Shown piece by piece: positions 19,861 through 30,592 of a stretch of 64,000 bases of DNA. The notes beneath the pieces are model-generated. The model searched no databases, had not been told where the DNA came from, and worked only from the letters and a program-made list of their open reading frames with translations. Both the position numbers and the translations under genes were made by a program. Every line of letters begins with the position of its first letter. Positions within the stretch are counted from its first letter, which is position 1. The stretch lies in assembly GCA_963796105.1 (NCBI GenBank), contig CAWCKJ010000004.1, positions 1,056,001 through 1,120,000 of the forward strand, given 5' to 3'. The DNA comes from a candidate division FCPU426 bacterium (GTDB taxonomy: Bacteria; Oederibacteriota; Muellerivitia; Muellerivitales; Muellerivitaceae).

Positions 19861-21240
19861 ATGCCTGGCCTTATGGAAGAGTCCCACGAGATTCAGCTGA
19901 AACAGCTTCTCTGGTTCATCCGCCTGCGATGGGTCGCGGTGGTAGGGGGAATTTTAATCCTGCTTCTGGCGCCTTGGTTCGCGCCTTTTGAGATTCAATT
20001 CCCCAAGTTGGCCCTTTGCCTTATCGTTTTGGGATTATTGAATATGGGGTATCTAGTCCGGTACCGCGCGTTGAGAACCCCCGCGGAAGTGAAACCTGAT
20101 TTTTTGAAAAAAATCACCAGGTTTTTCCATTTTCAAATGCTGGGGGATTTGGCCCTTCTGACCCTCATGATTACATTCAGCGGGGGAGTCTCGAATCCCA
20201 TCTTTTTCTTTTATCTCTTCCACATGGCCATCAGCACCATGGTTTTTTCCCCGCGCCAAAGCCTGGCCTACGCTTTCCTGGCCCTGGTTCTTCCCTGGGC
20301 CCTTTTCCTCCTGGAACCCTTCATCGCTGGGATGGGGGGGCTTTGGAAAGACGCACCGCTGCAGGAAGGAACCCAGAAGGAAGCCTTGCTGGCGGCTTAT
20401 TCCGTCACGGTTTTCGGGCTTTGGTATTTTCTTTCCCGCCTGGCCGCCGACTTGAGGGCGAAGCAAATGGCCCTTCGCGAGGCCGGGAACAAACTCCAGG
20501 CGGCCAACGAGGAACTCAAGCAATTGGACGTTTACAAGAACCAATTCCTCCGCCAGGTGGTTTTCCAGCTGAAAAAACCCGCCATTGAAATGGATTATGA
20601 GCTATCCACCGTGGAGAAATCCCTGCCCAAGAAAAACGAGACAGCCGCTTCCGCGATCCAAACCGCCAAGAAGCACATTTGGTCCCTTTTGGAGTTGATC
20701 GACGACTTGGTATGGCTTTCGCGGACCCAAATTCAGGAAATGAACATTCAAAAGGAATGGATGGATGTCTATGAGGTTCTCCTGAGCCGGGTGCAGGCCG
20801 TGGAAGGCGAGGCAAAGAAAAGGAACATTGAATTCCAACTCCAGGGGGAACCCCATATCCGCCTTCACGCCGACAAGGAAGCCTTCGGCAGGGTGGCCGA
20901 GAATCTATTCTCGAACGCCCTAAAATATTCCCCGAGAGGGAAGGGGCCCATCCTAGTGGAATTCAAGGCCGCGGGTGATTGGCTGGTCATGGCGGTCGAG
21001 GACAAAGGCATCGGAATACCGCGAAAACAGCAGGAACGTCTCTTTGAGGAATTCTTCAGGGCAACAAACGCGAGGAACCAGGAAAAATTCGGCACCGGTT
21101 TGGGGCTTTCCATCGTCAAGCAGATCCTGCAGGGGCATGGCGGAAAGGTCACTGTGGCCAGCGAACCCAAAAAGGGCACGAGGTTTGAGACTTGGTGGCC
21201 CTATTCGCCAGCCGGAATTAAAACCGATACCTCGGCTTAA
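19861..21240 (+). CDS. Membrane sensor histidine kinase-like protein lacking the H-box histidine
   Basis: About 6 TM segments, then N (NLFSNALKY), G1 (DKGIGI), F and G2 (GTGLGL) boxes. The H-box reads VVFQLKKP. Confidence 0.85.
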   Translation: MPGLMEESHEIQLKQLLWFIRLRWVAVVGGILILLLAPWFAPFEIQFPKLALCLIVLGLLNMGYLVRYRALRTPAEVKPDFLKKITRFFHFQMLGDLALLTLMITFSGGVSNPIFFFYLFHMAISTMVFSPRQSLAYAFLALVLPWALFLLEPFIAGMGGLWKDAPLQEGTQKEALLAAYSVTVFGLWYFLSRLAADLRAKQMALREAGNKLQAANEELKQLDVYKNQFLRQVVFQLKKPAIEMDYELSTVEKSLPKKNETAASAIQTAKKHIWSLLELIDDLVWLSRTQIQEMNIQKEWMDVYEVLLSRVQAVEGEAKKRNIEFQLQGEPHIRLHADKEAFGRVAENLFSNALKYSPRGKGPILVEFKAAGDWLVMAVEDKGIGIPRKQQERLFEEFFRATNARNQEKFGTGLGLSIVKQILQGHGGKVTVASEPKKGTRFETWWPYSPAGIKTDTSA

Positions 21241-21292
21241 GGAAATTTCTTTTTCCGCCGGCTGAGATGCGTTTTTCCTTGAAAATTTTCTC

Positions 21293-21760
21293 CTAAGCGA
21301 CCCCGGAAGTCAGGTTGGTTTGAAGATACTTGAAAACCAGCCTACGCAGCTTTTCACAGTTTTCCCCATAAGCGTAAAGCTGGCATCGCCCTCCCCTGGA
21401 GGGGTTGAACTCGACCACCAGTGTGGCCGGGGAACCGGGCGGGAGCTGGGTGATAAATTTCGAGAGCTCGCAGTTCTCCAGGATCAAGCGGACATTGCGC
21501 AAACCCTCCAAACGATGAATCTCCAAATCGTTGTGGGCCAGGAATTGCCTGGCTTCCAAACAGTATTCTTTCGAGAAAAACCAAAGACTGTCCCACTCGG
21601 TTATTTTTTGGTTTTCCTCGTTGGATTGGGAGACGAAGACGTCCTCAATGGGCTCGGGAACCAAACGGGAGGAGAATTGAAGGATATCCTTAAGCCTATT
21701 GAGGTTGGGTTCCGAGATCAGCCCCATTTTTTTGAAATACTCGTCAAAAGACTCATTCAT
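21293..21760 (-). CDS. Hypothetical protein
   Basis: 155 aa ORF with a GGAGAG RBS, preceded by a perfect TATGAC-N4-GTCATA site. Confidence 0.7.
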   Translation of the reverse strand: MNESFDEYFKKMGLISEPNLNRLKDILQFSSRLVPEPIEDVFVSQSNEENQKITEWDSLWFFSKEYCLEARQFLAHNDLEIHRLEGLRNVRLILENCELSKFITQLPPGSPATLVVEFNPSRGGRCQLYAYGENCEKLRRLVFKYLQTNLTSGVA

Positions 21761-21823
21761 GGCTGCTCTCCAAAATTTCTTCCCCTATTAGAAATTTATA
21801 TAGGGGATGGGAATTGAAAGGGG

Positions 21824-21839
21824 TATGACTTCTGTCATA
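21824..21839. promoter_or_regulatory. Perfect palindrome TATGACttctGTCATA
   Basis: Read directly from the sequence; intergenic. Confidence 0.7.
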
Positions 21840-21953
21840 CCTTGTCCAAACTGGACGTTTGGGGAAGGTTTTTAATAAAAGGGAGTCAAGTTCGGGCGCG
21901 GAATGAGATTATATTCAGAGCCATTCTCAAAATTTTTTTCTAAAACCGCGTCT

Positions 21954-22181
21954 TTAAGGATATTTTTTTGATTTTCTTTTAAGCGCGGGATTGGGTTTGA
22001 GCGGTTTCAGCGTTGGATGCGGGGCTTCTTTTGGTGAATCGCTTTGTTGTTTCAACCATGAGTGGTATCCGGAATGAGGTGCGGGGGATGGGTTTGTATT
22101 TTTGCCGTTAAAACCCAGGGTCGCGGCTTTCCACTTTCGGTGTTGTTCCTCGAAAAAACTTTTCAGAATTTTGGAATCCAT
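21954..22181 (-). CDS. Small basic hypothetical protein
   Basis: MDSKILKSFF... with AGGTG upstream; no family recognised. Confidence 0.4.
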   Translation of the reverse strand: MDSKILKSFFEEQHRKWKAATLGFNGKNTNPSPAPHSGYHSWLKQQSDSPKEAPHPTLKPLKPNPALKRKSKKYP

Positions 22182-22241
22182 AAAACACCTGGCTAAAATG
22201 AAGTGCTTAAAAGTAAAGTACTTGACAGACGACTGTTGTAT

Positions 22242-22257
22242 TATGACGTAAGTCATA
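22242..22257. promoter_or_regulatory. Perfect palindrome TATGACgtaaGTCATA upstream of acs
   Basis: Read directly from the sequence; intergenic. Confidence 0.7.
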
Positions 22258-22414
22258 GGGGTAGCCTAAAAAGAGGGGAGAATGACTTTCCCCTGAAGAA
22301 ATCAGGGGTGCCATTAAGCAAAAGGGTTAGGAGAAAAACTAAACTTTTTAACCTTAATTGTCAGGACGGCAAAAGTTTAGAAAACATAGAACTAAAATTT
22401 TCCAGGGAGGAAAG

Positions 22415-24394
22415 ATGACACCGCAGGAACAGTCCATCACAACATTTCAAAAGGATTCCCAGATTTTCCCGCCGCCACAGGACGTGGCAGCGAAAGCTTT
22501 TATAGGATCATTTAAAAAATACCAGGAGATGTACGACCGTTCAATCAAGGATTCCAAGGGGTTTTGGCTGGAGCAAGCCAATTCCGAACTTCAATGGTTC
22601 AAGAAGCCGGCGAAGGCGCTGGAATACACCTGGGACACGGCTAAAAGGGTTATCCAGCACACCTGGTTCGAGGATGGCGAGTTGAACCTTTCCGTGAATT
22701 GCCTGGACCGCCATCTCGCCAAGCTCGGGAACAAGGTCGCGATCCTATGGCAGGGCGAGAAGGATGAGGAAGTCCGTAAGATCACCTATATCGAACTGCA
22801 CAAAATGGTCTGCCAGTTCGCCAACGTTCTCCTGGCGAAAGGCATCAAAAAAGGGGACCGCATCTGCGTTTATATGCCCATGATCCCAGAGGCGGCGGTC
22901 GCCATCCTAGCCTGCGCCAGGGTGGGTGCCATCCACTCCTTCGTTTTCGGCGGGTTCAGCTCCGAAGCGTTGAAAACCCGAATCCAAGACTCCGAGAACA
23001 ACATGGTCATCACCACAGACGTGAGCTACAGGGCGGGGAAATCCATCGGCCTGAAAACCATCGTGGATGAGGCCATGAAGGAATGCCCCTCGATCAAGAG
23101 CGTGATCGTGTACCAAAGGGGCGATGGCAAGGTTAACATGCAATCCGGGCGCGATTCCTGGTGGCATGACGACATCAAGAACGCCAGCCCCAAGCACGAG
23201 GCCCAGCCCATGAAGGCCGAGGATCCTCTTTTCATCCTTTACACATCGGGTTCCACGGGAAAGCCCAAGGGCGTCCTGCACACCACGGCGGGATACCTCC
23301 TACACTCTGCCATCTCCTTCAAGTACATCTTCGATTACCATCCGGAAGACATTTACTGGTGCACCGCCGACATCGGCTGGGTGACGGGGCATAGCTACAT
23401 CGTTTACGGGCCACTGGCCAACGGAGCCACCACCCTGATGTTCGAGAGCGTTCCCACTTATCCGGACGCCGGGAGGTTCTGGCAGGTCGTCGCCAAACAC
23501 AAGGTTACCATCTTCTATACCGCTCCCACGGCTGTCCGGTCCCTCATGCGCGAGGGCGAGCAGTGGCCCAACAAGCACGACCTCAGCTCCCTGCGGATCC
23601 TGGGTTCGGTGGGTGAGCCCATCAATCCCGAAGCGTGGCTCTGGTACCACCGCAATATCGGGAAAGGCCGCTGTCCCATTGTGGATACCTGGTGGCAGAC
23701 CGAAACGGGGGGCATTTTAATCACGCCCCTTCCGGGCGCCCATACGCTGAAACCCGGGAGCGCCTCGCGGCCCTTCTTCGGCGTGGAACCCGTGGTGATG
23801 GACAACAATAACAAGGAATGCGCGGTGAATGAGGGCGGAAAACTCTGCATCAAGAAGCCCTGGCCCGGGATGGCACGCACCATGTGGGGCGACCACAACC
23901 GCTTCATCGACACCTACTTCACGGCTTTCGCCGACCTTTACTACACCGGCGACGGCTGCCGGGTGGACACGGATGGGGACTATTGGCTCCTGGGCCGGGT
24001 GGATGACGTGGTGAACATCTCGGGACACCGCATTGGCACCGCCGAGGTGGAAAGCGCCCTTGTTTCCCATCCCAAGGTCTCCGAGGCCGCGGTGGTGGGT
24101 TACCCGCACGACATCAAGGGCTCGGCGCTTTACGCCTACGTGACCCTCAAGGAAGGCGTGACGCCCTCCGAGGAATTGAAGAAGGAACTGGTCCAGCACG
24201 TGCGCAAGGAAATCGGGCCGATCGCCCAGCCGGACAAGATCCAATTCGCCGAGGGAATGCCCAAGACCCGGAGCGGCAAGATCATGCGCCGGATCCTTCG
24301 AAAAATCGCCGAGAACGACACGAGCAACCTGGGGGACACCTCGACACTGGCCGATCCGAGCGTCGTGGACAAGCTGGTGAAAGGGAAGCTGTAA
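22415..24394 (+). CDS. acs: Acetyl-CoA synthetase (AMP-forming)
   Basis: [20 protein letters not shown] and [20 protein letters not shown] before 22415. Confidence 0.97.
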   Translation: MTPQEQSITTFQKDSQIFPPPQDVAAKAFIGSFKKYQEMYDRSIKDSKGFWLEQANSELQWFKKPAKALEYTWDTAKRVIQHTWFEDGELNLSVNCLDRHLAKLGNKVAILWQGEKDEEVRKITYIELHKMVCQFANVLLAKGIKKGDRICVYMPMIPEAAVAILACARVGAIHSFVFGGFSSEALKTRIQDSENNMVITTDVSYRAGKSIGLKTIVDEAMKECPSIKSVIVYQRGDGKVNMQSGRDSWWHDDIKNASPKHEAQPMKAEDPLFILYTSGSTGKPKGVLHTTAGYLLHSAISFKYIFDYHPEDIYWCTADIGWVTGHSYIVYGPLANGATTLMFESVPTYPDAGRFWQVVAKHKVTIFYTAPTAVRSLMREGEQWPNKHDLSSLRILGSVGEPINPEAWLWYHRNIGKGRCPIVDTWWQTETGGILITPLPGAHTLKPGSASRPFFGVEPVVMDNNNKECAVNEGGKLCIKKPWPGMARTMWGDHNRFIDTYFTAFADLYYTGDGCRVDTDGDYWLLGRVDDVVNISGHRIGTAEVESALVSHPKVSEAAVVGYPHDIKGSALYAYVTLKEGVTPSEELKKELVQHVRKEIGPIAQPDKIQFAEGMPKTRSGKIMRRILRKIAENDTSNLGDTSTLADPSVVDKLVKGKL

Positions 24395-24434
24395 TCAACT
24401 TTTAACAGGGTTGATTTTCCAAGATAGGTCATAA

Positions 24435-24471
24435 AAAAAGCGCGCTTTAGTTTTCCTAAAGCGCGCTTTTT
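24435..24471. terminator. Bidirectional intrinsic terminator
   Basis: aaaaagcgcgctttag-ttttc-ctaaagcgcgcttttt between convergent genes. Confidence 0.85.
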
Positions 24472-24536
24472 ATTTAAGACCGAAGAGGCCGACCGTTAAA
24501 GATAAATCCAGAAGGCTGTCTCTACCTCGTTAAAAC

Positions 24537-26108
24537 TCAGAACCGATACCAGGCCGAGACTTGGCAGCGATGGCCCAGCCAAAGCTGGTCCGTTTCGCCC
24601 GCGTGTATATAATTCGTGGCGATTCTGGCGTATTCCACGGCCACCCGGATGTTGCTGGTGAAGTCGTGCATCAGGTTTGCGAACATGACCTGGTCGTCGT
24701 TGTAGGACCCGGCAACCAATGCAGGCGTCTTCAACGTTGGGCTCCAGGCCGACAAGCCCCCGATATTGGGGGAGAAAATCTCCCCGTAACCCACCGTCAG
24801 GAAGGTGCCCCAGCTCTTGGGCCCGTGGATCTGGACCTGTCCGTTCCAGCTTTGCACCTTGATGAGGGTGAAATTGTTGTTGGGGTCGAACCCCGCGATT
24901 CCGGCGTCCAGGTTCGGAGCGGCGGTGCCACTTGCTGAATTATTTGCGTTAGCCAGTGCCGGCAGGCCGCCCGTCCAGTAGGGGAACATGTCCCCATCGC
25001 CGGTGCCAGTGGTCCATTCGCCAGTCGCCACGGCAGAAGGACCATCCTCGCCGTCAAAGGGAAGAAGCGGGATCAAGGCGTCAATCGCCAGACTTTGAGC
25101 CCAAGTGTAGTTATTCAAGTCATAATTACCTGGATTGTCACCGCTGGTGGGCCAGGTATAGTTCCTGTCGGTACCGGAAACAACTACGCTGAAAGGAACG
25201 GTGTTGACGGGGCCTGTGGCCAAACCAAAACGCCCATTCCAACCGCCGATGCTGAATTTCAACGCGCCATTCAGGTTGGGGGTTTGCGAGTCGCGCTGTT
25301 CGGGCCGGTCGGCCGAAACGGCGAGCTGTACCTTCACGTCCTCCCCAAGTCCCAAGGTGTCGGAAACACGTAGCTGGGGAGTCCGCTCGTAGAGTACGCC
25401 CATGTAGGGGGCCACGGAAACGGAGGCCAGGATATATTCCATGTTCCACCCGAACAAAGTCCAATATTGCCCGGCCATGATATTCAAACCGTCCTTCTCG
25501 GCCGAAACGTAGGCGTGGCGGAGGCCCAGGGTGGGATAGGTGTACCAACTCGCCTCAGAATAAGTCGAGGTCAGGCTGGTCGGGGCGGACATGTAAGTAG
25601 GTGCCGGGTCATAACCCTTGAAGTCAACCTCGACGTAACCCTTGGTCTTCCAGCCGTCGATCAGCGGGGCCGTGGCCAGGAAGGAAAGACGCGAGTCCCT
25701 CATGGAGGCCAGGGATTCCCCGTTGTTGCCGGTATAAGTTCCGGCCTTCAGGACGGGACCATTCCCTACTACCTCGGCGAAGGAGTGCGTGTCATCCTGG
25801 ATCGCGTCCAGTTCGGCGAATCCATGGATCTCGACTTTCACCGCGTTTTCCAAAGCCGAAACCTTTTTGGATAAGGACTCCAGGGATGGAGTCTCGGCTG
25901 AAGGGACTGCCTTAGTGACTGCCGTAGGGACGGCGGTCGGCGCGGTTGTTGGAACAACCGCCGAGGCCGCCGGAGCTGGGGCAACCGCGGCCGTTTTTGT
26001 CACGGCCTGAGCTGGCGCGATGTTGTCCGCCAGTGCAGGGGAAGCTGACAGGATCAGGGAAACCCAACCAGCCGTGACCCAAAACATTAAAAACAAAATC
26101 CGTTTCAT
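24537..26108 (-). CDS. Outer-membrane porin, DcaP-like
   Basis: Signal peptide, Ala/Pro/Thr linker and short coiled coil, then SRLSF, GYVEVDF, LRHAY, AGQYW, RTPQLR and a C-terminal YRF. Confidence 0.7.
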   Translation of the reverse strand: MKRILFLMFWVTAGWVSLILSASPALADNIAPAQAVTKTAAVAPAPAASAVVPTTAPTAVPTAVTKAVPSAETPSLESLSKKVSALENAVKVEIHGFAELDAIQDDTHSFAEVVGNGPVLKAGTYTGNNGESLASMRDSRLSFLATAPLIDGWKTKGYVEVDFKGYDPAPTYMSAPTSLTSTYSEASWYTYPTLGLRHAYVSAEKDGLNIMAGQYWTLFGWNMEYILASVSVAPYMGVLYERTPQLRVSDTLGLGEDVKVQLAVSADRPEQRDSQTPNLNGALKFSIGGWNGRFGLATGPVNTVPFSVVVSGTDRNYTWPTSGDNPGNYDLNNYTWAQSLAIDALIPLLPFDGEDGPSAVATGEWTTGTGDGDMFPYWTGGLPALANANNSASGTAAPNLDAGIAGFDPNNNFTLIKVQSWNGQVQIHGPKSWGTFLTVGYGEIFSPNIGGLSAWSPTLKTPALVAGSYNDDQVMFANLMHDFTSNIRVAVEYARIATNYIHAGETDQLWLGHRCQVSAWYRF

Positions 26109-26268
26109 GTTGTCTCCTTGAAAATTTTTCACCTTTTTTTATTTTCCGCGCTTGCCCAAAAATTTTTTGACAAACTTGGCGCCGGATCATTTTTAAAGGC
26201 GTCCGTCATATGGTTAAAAAAACCAGATGACGAATTTGCTCATTACATTCCCATGAGCGTGTCCTCTG

Positions 26269-26284
26269 TATGACTTGTGTCATA
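26269..26284. promoter_or_regulatory. Perfect palindrome TATGACttgtGTCATA
   Basis: Lies between the divergent porin and CoA-transferase genes. Confidence 0.7.
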
Positions 26285-26573
26285 GATATTGAATGATCTT
26301 TGGTCGGGAAAATAATTCCGTGCTATAGTGATTGGGTATTCCCTCCCGAAAAATTTATTCGTGAAATAAATCGGATCGGCATTTATTTATCGTCCGGGGG
26401 ATTTTTTTTGTCTGGAGCCTTGGAACCGGGGAAAAACCCGGTTTTATGGTTTCCGCCGGTTAAAAACAACCGCCGGGAATGAATTCGAGAGCTTTTTGGG
26501 TTAAAAATGCAATGGGCATGAGTCCCGCAGGCTGGTACCGCCCTTGCCAAATTGTTGAGGACCTAAATTCATC

Positions 26574-28469
26574 ATGGAAGCAGAACGCCAAAATTTCTTC
26601 GAAAAACTAAAAATGGAGTATCCCTCCAAGTTTTCCAATGAAGACAACATCTTCAAGCATATCCATCCAGGCGACCGGATCTTCATCGCCACAGGCTGTG
26701 GGGAACCACAATACCTGGTTGGTGCCCTGATCCAGTTCGTCGAAAACCACCCCAAGGCTTTTTTCGACACCGAAGTTATCCACGTCTGGACCCTGGGGCT
26801 GGCGCCTTACACCGACAAGAAATTCAAGCAGAATTTCCGGCATAATTCCTTCTTTATCGGCAATAACACCCGGGAATCGGTCAATCAGGGCCTTGCGGAT
26901 TACACCCCCATCTTCCTTTCCCAAGTACCCGACCTGCTCAAGCGAAAGGTGGTGCCGGTGGACGTGGCCTTGATCCAGACCAGCCTTCCCGACGCCCATG
27001 GGTTCATGAGCTTGGGGTTGAGCGTGGACATCACCAAGGCCGCCACCGAGAACGCGCGCCTGGTCGTCGCCCAGACTAACATCGAAATGCCCCGGACCCA
27101 CGGGGACACATTCATCCATATCAACGACGTGGACTTCGTCATCCGTCACGACGAACCTCTCTTGGAGTACGAACCCCAGGTTTCCGACGAAATCGCGCAA
27201 AAAATCGGGAAATTCGTGGCGCGTTTCATCGAGGATGGGGACACCATCCAGGTAGGTTATGGAAGTCTTCCCAACGCCATTCTGGCCAACCTGCGCGGAA
27301 AGAAACACTTGGGGGTGCATACCGAATTGATCTCGGACGGGATCGTGGATCTCATAAAAGAAGGGGTGATCGACAACTCCCTGAAAAACCTTAACCCGGG
27401 CAAGGCTATCGCCAGCTTTTGCATGGGCAAAAAGGCCACCTACGAGTATATCCACGACAATCCCAGCATCGAGTTCAAGCCCATTGACTACACCAATAAC
27501 CCGCTTGTGATCGCCAGCAACCACAACATGACCGCCATCAACACCGCATTGGCCGTGGATTTGACCGGACAATCCACCGCGGAATCCCTGGACCGCGTTT
27601 TTTTCAGCGGGGTGGGGGGCCAGGCGGATTTCATGCGGGGGGCGGTGCTTTCCCCGGGGGGAAAAACCATTCTCGCCATCCAATCCACCGCGGACAACGA
27701 AAAGGTCTCCCGGATCGTGCCCTTTCTCCACGAAGGGGCAGGGGTCACCCTGACCCGGGGAGACATCCAATACTTGGTCACGGAGTACGGCATCGCCTAC
27801 CTGCACGGGAAGAACGTGCGGGAACGCGCCATGGACATCATTTCCATCGCCCATCCCAAGTTCAGACCCTGGCTGATCGAGGAGTCCAAGAAAAACAACC
27901 TAATTTACCGCGACCAGGCTTTTATTCCGGGCAAGCGGGGAGAATATCCTGAGAGCCTTGAGACCCACCGTACCACCGAGTCGGAACTGCGTTTACTTAT
28001 GAGGCCCGTAAAAATCAACGATGAACCCCTGTTGAAGGATTTCTTTTATTCCCTTTCTGACCAGAGCACCTACCGCCGGTTCATGTCGGTGCGCCGTGAC
28101 ATGCCCCATGAGAGACTCCAGGAATTCGTGGTTATCGACTACAGCAAGGAAATGGTGATCCTGGCGATCCGGGAGGATCCGGAACGCGAGGAAATCGTCG
28201 GGGTCGGACAGTACGGCATCCAGGAAGACCGCCATGTTGCCGAGGTGGCCTTCGTAGTCAAGGACAGCTACCAGAACCAGGGGGTTGGGACCGAGCTCTT
28301 GGAGTACCTGACGGTACTGGCCAAGAAACAGGGGCTTTTTGGCTTTACGGCCGAGGTTCTTCCAGACAATACCGCCATGCTCCATCTTTTTGAGAGCCAG
28401 GGTTTTGACGTCGAGAAGCGAACCAGTTCAGATGTTGTGGATCTCAAGATGGCATTCAAGGCTGGATGA
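26574..28469 (+). CDS. Acetyl-CoA hydrolase/CoA-transferase fused to a C-terminal GNAT acetyltransferase
   Basis: LGVHTE, SGVGGQADFMRGA and VTEYGIA; GNAT part SLSDQSTYRRF...AEVAFVV...YQNQGVGT. Confidence 0.92.
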   Translation: MEAERQNFFEKLKMEYPSKFSNEDNIFKHIHPGDRIFIATGCGEPQYLVGALIQFVENHPKAFFDTEVIHVWTLGLAPYTDKKFKQNFRHNSFFIGNNTRESVNQGLADYTPIFLSQVPDLLKRKVVPVDVALIQTSLPDAHGFMSLGLSVDITKAATENARLVVAQTNIEMPRTHGDTFIHINDVDFVIRHDEPLLEYEPQVSDEIAQKIGKFVARFIEDGDTIQVGYGSLPNAILANLRGKKHLGVHTELISDGIVDLIKEGVIDNSLKNLNPGKAIASFCMGKKATYEYIHDNPSIEFKPIDYTNNPLVIASNHNMTAINTALAVDLTGQSTAESLDRVFFSGVGGQADFMRGAVLSPGGKTILAIQSTADNEKVSRIVPFLHEGAGVTLTRGDIQYLVTEYGIAYLHGKNVRERAMDIISIAHPKFRPWLIEESKKNNLIYRDQAFIPGKRGEYPESLETHRTTESELRLLMRPVKINDEPLLKDFFYSLSDQSTYRRFMSVRRDMPHERLQEFVVIDYSKEMVILAIREDPEREEIVGVGQYGIQEDRHVAEVAFVVKDSYQNQGVGTELLEYLTVLAKKQGLFGFTAEVLPDNTAMLHLFESQGFDVEKRTSSDVVDLKMAFKAG

Positions 28470-28470
28470 A

Positions 28471-30591
28471 ATGACAACAAAAACACCTGATATCAAAAGC
28501 CTTTTCGAGCCCAAAAGCGTGGCGGTGATCGGGGCATCCGCTCTTATGGATAAGATCGGTTACAAGATCGTGGACAACATCCTGACCGGCGGTTATAAGG
28601 GCCGGGTTTATCCCGTGAACCCCAAGGGAGGGGAAGTGCTGGGTCTTAAAATGAAGACCAGCCTTGCGGAAATCCCGGAGCCGGTGGACATGGCCTGCAT
28701 CGTTATTCCGGCCAAACTGGTCATGGATTCCGTCAAGGCCTGCGCGAAAAACGGTACAAAGTTTCTATCCATCATTACCTCCGGTTTTTCCGAAGTGGGC
28801 AACGCGGAGGAGGAAAAATCCATCGTCACTTTCTCCCGCGATAATGGCATGCGCGTCCTAGGGCCCAATATTTTTGGAATTTACTCGGCTAAAGCCTCCA
28901 TGAATGCCATGTTTGGACCCAGGGTCCAAAGCGGGAACGTGGCCATCATCACCCAGAGCGGAGCGCTTGGAATCGGGATGATCGGGAAGACCGCGGTGGA
29001 TCACATCGGCCTTTCCGCCATGGTTTCCGTGGGAAACAAGGCCGACCTGACCGAATCGGACCTGCTGGACTATCTCGCCGATGACCCCCTCACCAAGGTC
29101 ATCATGCTTTATGTGGAGGGCATTCGGGACGGGGAGAGGATGGTCGCCGCCATGGCCCGGGTAGCCCGAAAGAAACCTATCGTATTGATCAAATCGGGAC
29201 GCTCCAAGCGGGGCGCCATGGCCGCCGCCTCCCACACCGGCGCCCTCGCAGGGTCCGATGAGATCCTTAACGACATCGTCAAACAATGCGGCGTTTTGAG
29301 GGCCGAGAATATCCAGGACGCCTTCAACTGGTGCAAGTTTTTCACCTGTAGCGCCACTCCAAGGGGCGAGAACACAGTCATCATCACCAACGGCGGCGGA
29401 ATCGGGGTCATCACCACCGACGCCTGCGAGAAATACCAGGTCCAGCTTTATGACGACTCGCAGGTCATGAAGAAGATCTTCGTCAAGGCGGTCCCAGATT
29501 TTGGCTCCCTCAAGAACCCCATCGACCTCACAGGCCAGGCTAGGTCCGAGGATTACAACGCGGCCATGGACGCGGCCCTGAGCAACGAGAATATCCATTC
29601 CGTGATCGGCCTTTACTGTGAAACTGCGGTTTTTGACGTGAACAACCTAGCCACCATGATCCGCGAGAACACCGTGCGCTACCAAAAAGGAGGTAAACCC
29701 ATCCTATTCTCCATCTTCGGAGGAGAGGCCACCGAGAACTGTATCCTTTCGCTGCGCAAGGACAACGCTCCGGTGTTCCCGGACGTGTATGAGGCCGTTT
29801 CCTGCTTGGGGTCCCTGATGACCCAGTACCGCCACACCCTGACACCCCCGACCCTTCCAGAGGAAGCGACGGTCCCGGTCCGGGAAGTGGAAGCCATCCT
29901 GGACAAGGCCCGGCAGGAGGGGCGTTATTTCCTCCTGGCCCACGAGGGCCAGAAGCTCATGGAGCTTTGCGAAATCCCCATTCCCCAGAGCGCCGTGGCG
30001 CGAAGCCTGGAGGAAGCCGTCAAGGCCGCGGACAAGATCGGCTACCCGGTCGTGATGAAAGTGATCTCCCGCGACATTCTTCACAAGAGCGACGTGGGCG
30101 GGGTAGCCCTGGACCTGGAGAACCCCAAGGAAGTCATGGACGCCTACGAGGCGATCCTGCATAACTGCCGGAACCATAATCCCCGCGCGGTCATCGAGGG
30201 CATGGAAGTCTCCGAGATGGTGAAGCGCGGCATCGAGACCATCGTGGGCGCCAGGCGCGACGCCTCCTTCGGGCCCATCGCCATGTGCGGTATGGGAGGC
30301 ATTTACGTGGAAGTCATGAAGGACGTGGCATTCCGGGCGGTTCCTTTTTCCCGCCAGGAGGTTCTTTCTATGATCAAGCAAACCCGGATCTATCCGCTGC
30401 TGTTGGGGGTCCGGGGTGACGAGAAGAAGGACATTGAGCGGGTGATCGACGCGATCATCCTGCTGGGTTCCCTGGTGCGGCAATGCCCGGGGATATCCGA
30501 CATTGAGGTGAACCCCCTGGTGGTGTACGATCAGGGGAGCGGGATCAAGGCTGTGGACGTGCGGGTACTTTTATCGGAGAGGCGCTTGTAA
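28471..30591 (+). CDS. Acetate--CoA ligase (ADP-forming), fused alpha/beta
   Basis: VAVIGAS, YPVNP, GPN, TQSGA, ASHTGAL (phospho-His), NPID and the ATP-grasp HKSDVGGV and EVNPL. Confidence 0.92.
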   Translation: MTTKTPDIKSLFEPKSVAVIGASALMDKIGYKIVDNILTGGYKGRVYPVNPKGGEVLGLKMKTSLAEIPEPVDMACIVIPAKLVMDSVKACAKNGTKFLSIITSGFSEVGNAEEEKSIVTFSRDNGMRVLGPNIFGIYSAKASMNAMFGPRVQSGNVAIITQSGALGIGMIGKTAVDHIGLSAMVSVGNKADLTESDLLDYLADDPLTKVIMLYVEGIRDGERMVAAMARVARKKPIVLIKSGRSKRGAMAAASHTGALAGSDEILNDIVKQCGVLRAENIQDAFNWCKFFTCSATPRGENTVIITNGGGIGVITTDACEKYQVQLYDDSQVMKKIFVKAVPDFGSLKNPIDLTGQARSEDYNAAMDAALSNENIHSVIGLYCETAVFDVNNLATMIRENTVRYQKGGKPILFSIFGGEATENCILSLRKDNAPVFPDVYEAVSCLGSLMTQYRHTLTPPTLPEEATVPVREVEAILDKARQEGRYFLLAHEGQKLMELCEIPIPQSAVARSLEEAVKAADKIGYPVVMKVISRDILHKSDVGGVALDLENPKEVMDAYEAILHNCRNHNPRAVIEGMEVSEMVKRGIETIVGARRDASFGPIAMCGMGGIYVEVMKDVAFRAVPFSRQEVLSMIKQTRIYPLLLGVRGDEKKDIERVIDAIILLGSLVRQCPGISDIEVNPLVVYDQGSGIKAVDVRVLLSERRL

Positions 30592-30592
30592 A

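Noticed and set aside
26607..27854. 415-aa antisense ORF
   Set aside because: Shadow of the GC3-rich CoA-transferase gene; no motifs.
28471..30591. Pat/PatZ protein acetyltransferase
   Set aside because: No GNAT domain on this polypeptide and the catalytic His (SHTG) is retained, so it is called an ADP-forming ligase.
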